64,000 nt of DNA from the human T2T-CHM13v2.0 reference genome, Homo sapiens: the NCBI RefSeq assembly GCF_009914755.1, contig NC_060925.1; one strand, written 5' to 3'. Of this stretch, positions 63,878-64,000 are shown piece after piece; position 1 is the first letter of the stretch, and each line of letters starts with the position of its first letter. Position numbers and translations under genes: made by a program. The notes under the pieces are model-generated. The model was given only the letters and a program-made list of their open reading frames with translations, was not told where the DNA came from and did no database searches.

Positions 63878-64000
63878 AAATGTATACTGTACTGTTTTAC
63901 ATGACCGACTTCAGCATCTAAGGATGTTGCTACCTGGAGGAAGTGGGATCCTGGAACGAATCCCACATAGGTATGAGGAATAACAATAATGGAAAATCAG

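Overview
Human (primate) genomic DNA that I recognise as the 1q22 YY1AP1/DAP3 head-to-head locus. The minus strand carries the 5' part of YY1AP1 (1113-~13480), with the H/ACA scaRNA SCARNA26A in an intron. A shared CpG-island promoter lies at ~12.4-14 kb. The plus strand carries the complete DAP3 gene (mitoribosomal mS29); 12 coding exons splice to an intact 398-aa ORF and intron 5 is U12-type. DAP3 intron 1 holds a nested stack of mobile elements. One is an antisense HERV-K(HML-10)/HERV-KC4-type provirus (16390-24083) containing a MER11 solo LTR and an Alu. Another is a 5'-truncated SVA with a 3' transduction, inserted exactly at the target-site duplication (TSD) of an AluY. The remainder is very Alu-dense. 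The most notable observations are a spliced Rec-like ORF in the provirus with both splice sites intact, a triple 18-bp TSD around SVA plus Alu, a 22-nt 18S-rRNA-5'-end-like micro-retrocopy inside the SVA transduction whose tail supplies a candidate polyA signal, and two other tiny polyadenylated retrocopies. No prokaryote-type system (CRISPR etc.) is present. Family names come from recall of consensus sequences, not from database searches.
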